Virus record (IMG/VR): IMGVR_UViG_3300025635_000077
Span: 1 to 36,777 of that record
From: a virus
Lineage: Duplodnaviria > Caudoviricetes
Reading direction: 5' to 3' (one strand)
Length of the DNA: 36,777 bases
Part shown: positions 9,520-17,713 of the stretch, one piece after another
How positions within the stretch are numbered: position 1 is the first letter of the stretch
Layout of the letters: each line of letters begins with the position of its first letter
Translations under genes and position numbers: made by a program
The notes under the pieces: model-generated
Databases searched by the model: none
Seen by the model: the letters and a program-made list of their open reading frames with translations, nothing else
What the model was told of the DNA's origin: nothing

Positions 9520-9689
9520 CGGGTGAGTTTCTCGGAAGCGGCGTTCCCGGTGAGGATAATTTCGGAGTGGTTCAATACTGGCCCGTGGGGAAAGAAATAC
9601 CTCCCGGCTGGCGCTTTATCGAGGGGCAGGACATGGGGCATCACCACGCTCATTCCGTCTTGATAGAGCAAGTCGATGCGGGCGAGTGA
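9516..9689 (+). CDS. 57-aa microprotein, paralogue of 23449-23643 (not in ORF track)
   Basis: Hand translation includes QYWPVGKEIPPGWRFIEGQDMGHHHAHSVLIEQV; ATGA coupling to the phosphoesterase. Confidence 0.65.
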   Translation: MTGEFLGSGVPGEDNFGVVQYWPVGKEIPPGWRFIEGQDMGHHHAHSVLIEQVDAGE

Positions 9690-9963
9690 GCTTCTGAAAA
9701 CTTCGACCGATCTCGTCTCAGGCGACCGTCAGCAAACCCACGGCCCCAAGCTAGAGAATCATCAGAACATCGCTTCGCTGTGGTCAGCGTATTTGGGGAG
9801 AGAAATATCCCCGTTAGACGTGGCCCTGATGATGGCGCTGCTAAAGATCGGGCGGACGAAGGCCGGGTCGCACAATCTGGACGATTACATTGATTTGATC
9901 GGGTATGGCGCTGTTGCCGGGGAGTTGGCGGAATTGATGAACTCGGAAGGCGGCGGTGTCTGA
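9676..9963 (+). CDS. DUF6378-like protein
   Basis: GDRQQTHG..ENH.NIA.LWSAYL..VALMMALLKIGR..DDYIDLIGY pattern. Confidence 0.8.
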   Translation: MRASELLKTSTDLVSGDRQQTHGPKLENHQNIASLWSAYLGREISPLDVALMMALLKIGRTKAGSHNLDDYIDLIGYGAVAGELAELMNSEGGGV

Positions 9964-10384
9964 ATACGGCATCTTCCAAGTTGACGGAGAGGAAGAAGCC
10001 GACGTTATCCGCGACCTACACAAGATTTGCTTCCCTGGCGAGCCGCCGTATTCGACTGCCGAAGGTTACTGGTGGATTGCCATTAACAAGGCCGGGTTGG
10101 AAGTTGCTTTCGCCGGGCTTAAACATGGCGAACGGAATCCGAAGAAGCGCGGTTATCTGTGCCGCTCGGGCGTGTTGCCTGGGCATCGTGGGCATGGGCT
10201 GCAAAAGGCGCTTATCACTGTCCGCCTTCGCAAGGCTCGGTCGCTCGGGATGACAGAGGTTGTGACCGATACCCGCTACAACCCGCATTCTGCCAATAAC
10301 CTAATTGCCCGTGGCTTTCAGTTGTACGAACCGGATATGCATTGGGCGCTGTCCGGCGCGCTGTATTGGCGGCGTTTCCTGTGA
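9956..10384 (+). CDS. GNAT family N-acetyltransferase
   Basis: Acetyl-CoA motif A 'VLPGHRGHGLQKAL' and motif B 'NPHSANNLIARGF'. Confidence 0.85.
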   Translation: MSEYGIFQVDGEEEADVIRDLHKICFPGEPPYSTAEGYWWIAINKAGLEVAFAGLKHGERNPKKRGYLCRSGVLPGHRGHGLQKALITVRLRKARSLGMTEVVTDTRYNPHSANNLIARGFQLYEPDMHWALSGALYWRRFL

Positions 10385-10394
10385 GGATTTGCTA

Positions 10395-10616
10395 ATGGGT
10401 GACGTTGTGGACTTCCGAACATTTGAGACAACCGCAGACGACGCCCTAGACGATGCCGACCTTATCGACTGGCAGGACATTATCATTGTCGGCTTTGACA
10501 GTGCCGGGAACATGCAAGTTAAAAGTTCCAGCATTGAAGTGGCGGTTGCCGTCATGCTTCTGGAATCGCTCAAGCTGCATTTACTGACCAATACGGAACG
10601 GCACTTTGACGCCTGA
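10395..10616 (+). CDS. hypothetical acidic protein
   Basis: GAGG RBS followed by MGDVVDF...; 73 aa. Confidence 0.6.
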   Translation: MGDVVDFRTFETTADDALDDADLIDWQDIIIVGFDSAGNMQVKSSSIEVAVAVMLLESLKLHLLTNTERHFDA

Positions 10617-10662
10617 TTATAGCGCCTGGATCATAACTGCGGTTTATGCGGATTAGATCATA

Positions 10663-11142
10663 TTGACCCCGCAAGAGTTTCGTTCGGAAGTCATCGACCC
10701 GACGCTGAAACTGCTAGACCTCTATTCCCCCGCATCGAGCAATCTTCTCCTCGGGACGGCGCTCGTTGAAAGCCGATTGATTCACCGCAAGCAGATCGGC
10801 GGCGGCCCTGCGCGTGGTTTATTCCAGATCGAAAAAGCTACATTCAATGACGTTTATGGGCGGTTTCTTAAACTAAAGCCCCGGCTATTGGCCCGCGTCA
10901 ACGAGCTGCTAACCAGCGGCGATCCCTGGGCACAGGTTGAAACCAACGACCGCTTCGCCTGCGCGATAGCAAGGGTCCGATATCTGTACGACTCGAAACC
11001 GCTACCCGATGCGGACGACATAGAGGCGCTCGCCGCCGTATGGGTGAAAACCTACAACGCCGGGGGCAAGGGGACGGTGGAGAAGTTTGTTAAGGCTTGG
11101 GAAAGAAGCTGCGGGCCGCATATCAGCGCCCCTCGTTTGTGA
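10663..11142 (+). CDS. endolysin (lysozyme/transglycosylase fold)
   Basis: LLLGTALVES...GGGPARGLFQIE..TFND and W.K.YN motifs; lies upstream of holin and spanins. Confidence 0.75.
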   Translation: MTPQEFRSEVIDPTLKLLDLYSPASSNLLLGTALVESRLIHRKQIGGGPARGLFQIEKATFNDVYGRFLKLKPRLLARVNELLTSGDPWAQVETNDRFACAIARVRYLYDSKPLPDADDIEALAAVWVKTYNAGGKGTVEKFVKAWERSCGPHISAPRL

Positions 11143-11294
11143 CCTTCGCCCCAAACTCACTGGCCGTCGGCCTACACGGACTTTTGCCGACCCGTTCTCT
11201 GACTAACCCCGCATCGGCGACAGGACACGCACGGGGCTCGGCTGTCACACCGCCGCAGCACTAACGATTCTACCAAAACCAAAGGAGTAATCAA

Positions 11295-11489
11295 ATGAAC
11301 TTTACCGCCATTCTTGATTGGGTACTCGCCCGCCTGTCGGAGAAATCCACCTGGGCCGCCCTTGTCACCTTCGCCGCGACCATCCTGGGCCGTCAGATCG
11401 CCCCGGAATTGGCCGAGACGATCACCACGGCGGGCCTTGCCATCGTGGCCGTGATTCTGGCTGCGGTTAAGACGAAGCCCACGCCCTAA
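11295..11489 (+). CDS. holin
   Basis: 64 aa, two TMs, 'RLSEKSTWAAL' motif, strong AAAGGAG RBS. Confidence 0.75.
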   Translation: MNFTAILDWVLARLSEKSTWAALVTFAATILGRQIAPELAETITTAGLAIVAVILAAVKTKPTP

Positions 11490-11704
11490 TGCTCACCGCT
11501 GCGGGCGTTGCTGGCTTCTTCCTGCTGTTCGGCTTTGTGATCTATCTCGGATTCAGGGCGGCCAAACACGACGGCATTGTAAGCACGCAGAATGACACCC
11601 TCAAAGCAGGCGCAAAAACCGATGCCAAGACCCAAGAGATTCTTGCCCGCCCTCCTGCTGATCGGGATGCTATCGATAAGTGGCTGCGCGGGGACGGTAA
11701 ATAG
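11489..11704 (+). CDS. i-spanin (Rz-like)
   Basis: N-terminal TM followed by a short helical domain; directly after the holin. Confidence 0.65.
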   Translation: MLTAAGVAGFFLLFGFVIYLGFRAAKHDGIVSTQNDTLKAGAKTDAKTQEILARPPADRDAIDKWLRGDGK

Positions 11705-11852
11705 CCCCAACCCGCCCCCTTGTCCCCAGGCTGGCCCCCAGGTAGCGGACGAGGTTGCAAGCCTCCCTATGAGCGATTATCCGGCCTTGTTCAACTACCT
11801 GGGCCGATTGGTCAATTACTGCCACGCAATCGACGCGATGCGGAAGCCCTAG
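11622..11852 (+). CDS. o-spanin lipoprotein (Rz1-like)
   Basis: MPRPKRFLPALLLIGMLSISG-C lipobox, Pro-rich, overlaps the i-spanin 3' end. Confidence 0.7.
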   Translation: MPRPKRFLPALLLIGMLSISGCAGTVNSPNPPPCPQAGPQVADEVASLPMSDYPALFNYLGRLVNYCHAIDAMRKP

Positions 11853-11919
11853 AGCCGATTCCCTAGCCTCGTGGCTATTTAATCCGTCGGATTCTCGTTT
11901 TATTTCAAAGCCGTTCGGA

Positions 11920-11990
11920 TGGATATTATAGACGGTCTGATCCGACACCCCCCAGCGGGTTGCCACGTCTCGCGCGGTTAATAGGGTCAT
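11920..11990 (-). pseudogene. truncated excisionase-like HTH
   Basis: MTLLTARDVATRWGVSDQTVYNI is an Xis/HTH_17-type start that breaks off before the wing; the rest of the ORF is antisense to the spanins. Confidence 0.55.
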
Positions 11991-12163
11991 TTCTTCTTCC
12001 TCTTAGGAACGATCTCACGGACCTCAGCCCTAACGACTAATTCGCCGTAAGCAAAAGCATCGGCTCTCTTGGTGTGGATTGTCCAATAAAGCTCACCGTC
12101 GGGGTCACTCATCGAAAGCCATACCTTCTTATAGAATGGCCTGCGCGGGGTGCGGCGGGTCAT
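11987..12163 (-). CDS. hypothetical protein
   Basis: MTRRTPRRPFYKKVW..., 58 aa; its stop overlaps the xis-like ATG. Confidence 0.5.
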   Translation of the reverse strand: MTRRTPRRPFYKKVWLSMSDPDGELYWTIHTKRADAFAYGELVVRAEVREIVPKRKKK

Positions 12164-12167
12164 GGCC

Positions 12168-12806
12168 TTAGTCACTGCAATAATCCTCGTAGCTGTCGTA
12201 AATGATGACGCCGTTCTCGATTCGCTTTCCAGCCTTCTTCCGGTCTGAGAGGGAAGTGGTGAGGGGCTGGGAGAGGACTCGTTTGATGGCGTCAACCAAT
12301 TCGGCCCACGGCGACTTGTTGCCGTAAACGCCGTTATCGGAGGCGTGCGGCGAGCGGTTAAGGTTGCATTTCTGATAGTTCTCCCAGACCTCGCGCATCC
12401 ACTCCAGCGCCTCCCGCATCCGGACGATCTCTGCCTCCAGCGCGGAGGACCGGGACTCGGCGGCTTCGGCTCGCTGGCGCATTTCCCATTCACCGCCATG
12501 CGCTTTGTTGTGGTACTTGAACTCGCGCTCCCAATGGTCAGCGCGTAGTTCGGCTTTCTCACCACGATCCTGTTCCTGCTGGCCCCATTCAAAGTTGTGT
12601 TTCGCGGCGGCGCTTGCTACGCGCAACTCCACCGTCATGTTCGCAATCTTCCCCTCCGCATCTGCCAGCTTGGCGCGGAGGGACTCGATATGGTCAGCCG
12701 TGTGCCGCAAGAAGCCCACCCACACGGTCGGACACCTTGTATGGTCGCCACCATATGACCGCAGCCGCTCCACCAAGTCCTTCTCAGGCTGGGGCGTCTC
12801 GGTCAT
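12168..12806 (-). CDS. coiled-coil phage early protein
   Basis: DLVERLR and ..RAEAAE.. motifs are common in phage accessory genes; ATGA coupling. Confidence 0.6.
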   Translation of the reverse strand: MTETPQPEKDLVERLRSYGGDHTRCPTVWVGFLRHTADHIESLRAKLADAEGKIANMTVELRVASAAAKHNFEWGQQEQDRGEKAELRADHWEREFKYHNKAHGGEWEMRQRAEAAESRSSALEAEIVRMREALEWMREVWENYQKCNLNRSPHASDNGVYGNKSPWAELVDAIKRVLSQPLTTSLSDRKKAGKRIENGVIIYDSYEDYCSD

Positions 12807-13060
12807 GGCTTTAGGCTCCTGATTTTGTGCGCGATGGTCGCGTAATACATTCGCAACTCGCTGCGCTTCGTTTCCTCGTCAACCACCTTCGCCGCCTGCT
12901 CGGCCATGGACGCAGCAGAGGCTTGCCAGCCATGCCACGCGCTGTCGATCATCGGGTTCAGGTAGTGCCACTTTCCGTTGGCCTCGTACCCTTTGAAATC
13001 TGGGTAATGGGCGACGGTCCCGTACCACGCCTCAAAGCTCTCCCGCAGGGATGGGGTCAT
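12803..13060 (-). CDS. hypothetical phage protein
   Basis: RESFEAW...AWHGWQA motif; coupled to neighbours. Confidence 0.65.
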   Translation of the reverse strand: MTPSLRESFEAWYGTVAHYPDFKGYEANGKWHYLNPMIDSAWHGWQASAASMAEQAAKVVDEETKRSELRMYYATIAHKIRSLKP

Positions 13061-13497
13061 GGCTGATCATTCCGTTTGTTGTGGTGTAAGTAGCGCCAAA
13101 TCTTCTCGTCCTTCTCACGCACTGCATCGCGGACCTTGGTTTGGCTTACGTCGTCGCGCCCTTTGACCAATTGGAGGGCAAATTCCAGATCGCCAATCTC
13201 TTTCGCCAAAAGCTCGCGGTTTCCCTCTCCGCTAACCGGGTGGTAGTTCTCGTAGCCGTGGCGCAAGATTTTGCACGCGATCTGCCCGACCTCATTGCAC
13301 TCCTCAATCAGGACCGCGAGGCGCTCGGCTTCTGCCGGGGTCAGGCTATTGAAATGCTTTAACATCGCTGGGCCTTTTACCGGCTGTGGTTTGTCGTACT
13401 GAAACCGACACCCGAAACTGCAATCTTCGTCTTCACAATGGCTCCCGTTCTTCGGGCATCGGAAATGGTCGGCACTCCCACGAGGCAAGCCCATCAC
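13057..13497 (-). CDS. MazG-like nucleotide pyrophosphohydrolase
   Basis: EECNEV..ACKILRHG...EIGDL; an alternative start exists at 13365. Confidence 0.75.
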   Translation of the reverse strand: MMGLPRGSADHFRCPKNGSHCEDEDCSFGCRFQYDKPQPVKGPAMLKHFNSLTPAEAERLAVLIEECNEVGQIACKILRHGYENYHPVSGEGNRELLAKEIGDLEFALQLVKGRDDVSQTKVRDAVREKDEKIWRYLHHNKRNDQP

Positions 13498-13557
13498 CGC
13501 CCCCTATTGAGAAGGGTTAGGATGGCGCGGGCTTTTCCCGGCACCATCTTGAACTGG

Positions 13558-13932
13558 TCAGACATTGGAAATCTCCTCAGCCCGTTTAGCGCGCATTGAT
13601 TCTTTCATGTTCTGATCCGGTGATTGACGGGCGAACTCGTTTGCCAGCTTCATCATGTCAATTCGGTATTTCTTCTCGAATGTGACGGCCCCGTGCTGGT
13701 GTTGTTCTGCGTGGTGTTCATGGCAAAGGCTGATTCCGTCCCAATCCGCTGGCTTTAAGGACTTGCCAGAATTAGCCGCCGTCCTGACGTGGGCGAACTC
13801 GATTGGCCCCTGGTCGCATCCAGGCACGCAGCATTGAAACCCGCGTACATACTTACGATGGCGGGGCCAGTCTCTACGGGGGCCGCGCAGGATGTTGGAT
13901 TGGAACTTAGGGCGCTTCTTCGGGAGCATCAT
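13558..13932 (-). CDS. Zn-binding HNH-like nuclease (DUF968/HNHc-like)
   Basis: CCVPGC..FAHVR..LCHEHHAEQH. Confidence 0.7.
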   Translation of the reverse strand: MMLPKKRPKFQSNILRGPRRDWPRHRKYVRGFQCCVPGCDQGPIEFAHVRTAANSGKSLKPADWDGISLCHEHHAEQHQHGAVTFEKKYRIDMMKLANEFARQSPDQNMKESMRAKRAEEISNV

Positions 13933-14372
13933 CCGCCACGGGCCTCAGTTACGCGGCCTGTCTCGGAGAGGAATTGAGCATCCAGGCTGCGCCACGCATC
14001 TGCCGCCCCCGCGTTGGTATCGAACATCGAACGAGATGTGACGAAACAGCGAAGTCGGACTTCCCTTGCCGCATGATCGACGCCATCAACCATCAGCCAG
14101 TCCCGGAAGGCTTTGTCCTCACACCGTAGCGCCGCCTGCTGGCTCAGCGGCATATCCTCAAACCGTCGCCGCTCTTTCGGCTTCTCTGGTTGCTTCTCCG
14201 CATCTTCCTCCAATGCCGCCACAACCACGGCCAGCCTTTGCCCCATTGGCGCGGTTAGGAGCCAGGGTGGGGCATCTGCGGGGTGGAGGGTCAGCGTCAG
14301 CTTCCAGAGGCCCCCCTGAGTCTGCCTAAGGCCATCTTTTTTTGCTTCAATGGCTGCCGTTGCGTCGGTCAT
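13929..14372 (-). CDS. hypothetical phage protein
   Basis: QQAALRCED.AFR.WL..C.VTSR motif seen beside phage recombination genes; coupled. Confidence 0.65.
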   Translation of the reverse strand: MTDATAAIEAKKDGLRQTQGGLWKLTLTLHPADAPPWLLTAPMGQRLAVVVAALEEDAEKQPEKPKERRRFEDMPLSQQAALRCEDKAFRDWLMVDGVDHAAREVRLRCFVTSRSMFDTNAGAADAWRSLDAQFLSETGRVTEARGG

Positions 14373-14827
14373 AGATGGCCCCACGTTTTGCCGTGTTTCG
14401 CTGCGTAAATGTTCTGCTTGGCGATCCCGTAGATTTTTGCGAGTTGTGGCCCCGTCAGTTTTGACTGCCGGATTGCCATAACGTCTGCCTCTGTCAGTTT
14501 GGCGCGTGGGTTCTTGGTGCCCCTCAAGTCTGCCCCGCGTCCCTTTGCTACCTTGTCCGCCACGTTATCGGCGTTGGTACCAAGGAAGAGATGATCCGGG
14601 TTAATGCACAGCCGAACGTCGCATCGATGCAGGACGTGCTTGCCGTCCGGGATGGGGCCGCGATAGGCAAGCCAAGAGGCGCGGTGGGCCTGCATGACCG
14701 TATTTCCAACGCCCAGGCACCCATACCCTCTCGACTTCGCGCGGATGCCCCCAAGCCATATCCAGCACCCGCTCTCGGTAACCGGAATGCTCTTGGCCTC
14801 TAGGCGCTTTTGAAGTGCGGCTTCCAT
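14369..14827 (-). CDS. HNH homing endonuclease
   Basis: SGCWIW, AHRASW, VLHRCDVRLCINPDHLFLGTNADN, plus C-terminal HTH. Confidence 0.9.
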   Translation of the reverse strand: MEAALQKRLEAKSIPVTESGCWIWLGGIRAKSRGYGCLGVGNTVMQAHRASWLAYRGPIPDGKHVLHRCDVRLCINPDHLFLGTNADNVADKVAKGRGADLRGTKNPRAKLTEADVMAIRQSKLTGPQLAKIYGIAKQNIYAAKHGKTWGHL

Positions 14828-14828
14828 G

Positions 14829-15044
14829 TCAGAACGGGGTATCCGAATCATCGCCGCCCTTGGTCGGCTTCTCCCGCTGTGCCGCGAGGCTCATGCGGTA
14901 CTGGCCCTCTTGGGGCGCGGGGATTGCGTCTAGATACAAGTCCCATCCGCCCTTTTTATTCATCGCGGCGGACCCAAGGCGCACGGCGAACCACTTGCCG
15001 TTTTTCGTCTGCTTCCAACTGAGTACGTCCATGCGGTCGCTCAT
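14829..15044 (-). CDS. small SSB-like protein
   Basis: Acidic tail DDSDTPF; directly downstream of the recombinase. Confidence 0.55.
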   Translation of the reverse strand: MSDRMDVLSWKQTKNGKWFAVRLGSAAMNKKGGWDLYLDAIPAPQEGQYRMSLAAQREKPTKGGDDSDTPF

Positions 15045-15691
15045 GCTGCTTCCTTCAATGAGTTAAACTTGCGTTGGTAGGCGTTGCGGATTTTCTGCTT
15101 CTGATCGTCCGCCAGTGCTTCGATGTGGGGCTTGTTCACCGTGGCCCACGTTGTCAGCGCGTCGTTTGTTGCCATGCTGCCAATATCCGCAAGGGCGCGG
15201 GTGACGTAGGAGTTGGCGGGGGATTCGGCTTCCGGCTCTTTCGGCGCGGGCTTCCCGCCCAACAGCGCGCGGAGTTTCGGCAGTTCCGAATCCTTGATCT
15301 TGAACGACCGCCCAGCAGGCTCTAGGGCAACCCACGGCGCGTCTACGTCGTACAGATAGCGGCCAACTCCGAAGCGCACCGCAGCCCGCTTGAATGCGTC
15401 GGACAGCGCGCCCTTTTCGGCCTCAACGTCGCTATCGCCCGCGCCGTCAGCCTTCCAAATCCATTCGCCATGGGCTTTTACGCCAATGTCGCAAACCGTC
15501 TTGCCGTTGGCGTGGGAGTAGCGGCACTGCCAGCCAGCGGGGCTCAATACGTCGTCCAGCCGCTCCATCACGTCCCTGGCGTCGATAAACGCCAAGGCCA
15601 TGCCCCGGCTCTTGTCCTGATTCGTTGACCCCACTCGCCAGCTAATCCGCTCGGGCGGGAAGGGGGCGCGGAGTTTTGCGAAGTCGATCAT
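15041..15691 (-). CDS. Rad52/Sak-family single-strand annealing protein
   Basis: LRAPFP..I.WR, FIDARDVMERLD, EKGALSDAFKRAAVRFGVGRYLY. Confidence 0.9.
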   Translation of the reverse strand: MIDFAKLRAPFPPERISWRVGSTNQDKSRGMALAFIDARDVMERLDDVLSPAGWQCRYSHANGKTVCDIGVKAHGEWIWKADGAGDSDVEAEKGALSDAFKRAAVRFGVGRYLYDVDAPWVALEPAGRSFKIKDSELPKLRALLGGKPAPKEPEAESPANSYVTRALADIGSMATNDALTTWATVNKPHIEALADDQKQKIRNAYQRKFNSLKEAA

Positions 15692-15692
15692 G

Positions 15693-16352
15693 TTATGCAG
15701 CCCTCTTTTTCAAGCCCTTGTCGATCTCGTAAGCCTCGCGGAACAGGACGAACTGCCGCCACGCTTCATCGAGGTTCGGAAAGTAGTGGTGCGCGAAGTC
15801 GCCGTGTTCCTTGGCGAACCGCAGAAGGTGGCAACCTCCGGTGATTGGCTGGTCCGGGAAGTTTTCTTCCCAAAGGTTTTTGTAAGCCGCGAGCTGGATC
15901 AGGTAGTCGGAATAAACCGCGTTCGACGTTTTCCAATCCAGCAGGCACAGCGCGTTGCCGACGATCCCGACTGCATCGGGCGTCCCGCCGTATCGGTAGC
16001 GTTCCGAGACAAGCTGAATCTCCTGGGCGGTAATCGTGACCTTGAAGTTTTCGGCCCATGTGAGATACGCGCCGAAAGCCGATTGCGCCGCCTTAACGAA
16101 AGCCTCATCCGCGCCAGCGGGCGGGGCGGGGGCCGGTTCGCCCTTGATGCTTGCTTCCACAAGCGAATGCGCGAAGGTGCCAATGTCCGCCGCCTTCTCT
16201 GCTTCCTCGTACAGGTGGCGCTTGCCTTCCTTGCCCTGCTTGAAGGCCCATTGCAGCAAGCCGCCCGATTCCTTGAACCGACCGATAACCGTCGTGGTGC
16301 CGGGAACCTTCGTCCCGTCTTTCAGGAAGTAGCCCGCCTTGGGAGTTGCCAT
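15693..16352 (-). CDS. PD-(D/E)XK exonuclease
   Basis: GTFAH, YGGTPD, LLDWKTS, QLAAY. Confidence 0.85.
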   Translation of the reverse strand: MATPKAGYFLKDGTKVPGTTTVIGRFKESGGLLQWAFKQGKEGKRHLYEEAEKAADIGTFAHSLVEASIKGEPAPAPPAGADEAFVKAAQSAFGAYLTWAENFKVTITAQEIQLVSERYRYGGTPDAVGIVGNALCLLDWKTSNAVYSDYLIQLAAYKNLWEENFPDQPITGGCHLLRFAKEHGDFAHHYFPNLDEAWRQFVLFREAYEIDKGLKKRAA

Positions 16353-16353
16353 T

Positions 16354-16530
16354 TTACGCTGCGTCCTTTCGTGCGTTCGCCATGATGCGGTCCAGCTTGT
16401 CCCGCGCTTCCAAGAGCCAGGATTGCAAATGCTGGTCGAACAGGTGGGGCGGGCAGCGCAAGAGGGAGTCAACGTCGCGCAGAATCCCGCTGGCGTATTG
16501 GGCCGCGTCGTTTTCAGTCCATCGCGTCAT
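16354..16530 (-). CDS. hypothetical protein (58 aa, not in ORF track)
   Basis: MTRWTENDAAQYASGILRDV...ARKDAA fills the gap in the operon. Confidence 0.55.
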   Translation of the reverse strand: MTRWTENDAAQYASGILRDVDSLLRCPPHLFDQHLQSWLLEARDKLDRIMANARKDAA

Positions 16531-16711
16531 GTTTCATCCCTCTCGGCATAAGCCAAATGCAAACCAGCACAGACACCGTTGCTGCAAAGACGGAACAGCC
16601 CAACCCAAGCCATAGGCCAAGCCGTATGATTTCGTCCGTGGATAAAGGAGCAAAGGTCCACACGTCGCACGATTCGAGCGGGATAGTGGGGCGTTTCACC
16701 GCATCCCCCAC
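16514..16711 (-). CDS. small membrane protein
   Basis: One strong TM segment; in operon orientation. Confidence 0.45.
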   Translation of the reverse strand: MGDAVKRPTIPLESCDVWTFAPLSTDEIIRLGLWLGLGCSVFAATVSVLVCIWLMPRGMKHDAMD

Positions 16712-16858
16712 ACGCTGACAATCATCCTCGCGCGCGGTCTGCGTCTCAGTCGGTAGAGGATGGAGCGGAGATAGGTCATGGCGTTAAAACCCAAGCCATA
16801 AGCCCCAATCCGAAGATCAGAAGAGCGCCGCGTATCGTGCCGCGATGGGGGTTGCGCT

Positions 16859-17071
16859 TCATGCTGCAACCTTTCCTTCGCCGTCGCATTCGGGGCACGA
16901 CGGATCATCCGCAGACGTGGGCGTATCGACCGCGCCAGTGCCGTGGCAGTAGAGACAGGGCATCATCACATCCTCAAACAGCCCGCACGCTCCGGGCTTT
17001 CCAGCCACGCACGCAAGGTTAAAATCGGCGTCAACGTGCTGGCCGCAGATTTCACAGCGCAAAATGCTCAC
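16859..17071 (-). CDS. Cys-rich zinc-finger protein
   Basis: CEICG, CLYCHGTG, CPECDGEG. Confidence 0.6.
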   Translation of the reverse strand: MSILRCEICGQHVDADFNLACVAGKPGACGLFEDVMMPCLYCHGTGAVDTPTSADDPSCPECDGEGKVAA

Positions 17072-17286
17072 GTCTGTTCCCCCTTCGCCGTATGGGCGCG
17101 GGCGGCTGCACGGATGCCTGCTGGCTCTACAATGTGGCCGAAGGCAGTTTCACAAGGCGCGTATTCGCTGATGACCCGGACCCACTCGCCATCGATTTCC
17201 AAATCGAGAAGGACGTGCGTGCCGTCGTTCCAGATGTGCGCGCCCGTGATTCCCACCGGGGGTTGCTTCGGTATTCTTTTCGTCAC
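17068..17286 (-). CDS. hypothetical protein
   Basis: GTG start with GGGAGG RBS; ...HVLLDLEIDGEWVRVI.... Confidence 0.55.
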   Translation of the reverse strand: MTKRIPKQPPVGITGAHIWNDGTHVLLDLEIDGEWVRVISEYAPCETAFGHIVEPAGIRAAARAHTAKGEQT

Positions 17287-17577
17287 GCCGCCGTCCTCCC
17301 CACGCCCAGGTTGCGGTAATAGTCCCGTCTGTGTTCGTCCGTCCCGTCGTCCATCGCGCCTAGCTCGTCCTCTATCTCTGCAAGCGCAGCCAAGGCTTGC
17401 GGCGCGGTTCTCTAGTTCGTGGTGCAATGATTCCAGAACGTCATTCGCAATCGAGCCGATCATGGCGCGGTCAAGTTCCTTGAACGCCCACACTCGCAAT
17501 GCCTCGACCTTCGCCCTTGCTTCCGTAAGGGTGGCGAAATCGTCCTGTTGGGATTCGATTTGGGTGCTTGAGTTCAT
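17283..17577 (-). pseudogene. hypothetical protein with apparent 1-nt insertion near 17400
   Basis: Span is 295 nt (3n+1). MNSSTQ...ELENRA continues in the next frame as QALAALAEIEDELGAMDD...RTAA-stop, coupled to the next gene. Confidence 0.5.
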
Positions 17578-17713
17578 AAGGTGTCGCTCTTGTAGTCGGA
17601 GGAAGGGACCGTAAACCGGGGGGAATCGGCCCCTTCCGTGCTTCCGACTGACTAGCTTCGAGCGTCCTCTCCTTCGGTAGTTAGCCAGTGACCGACTGGC
17701 GGCGGTGGAACTG

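Noticed and set aside
11670-11990. Intact 106-aa excisionase
   Set aside because: Only the first ~23 residues are HTH-like; the rest is antisense to the spanin genes.
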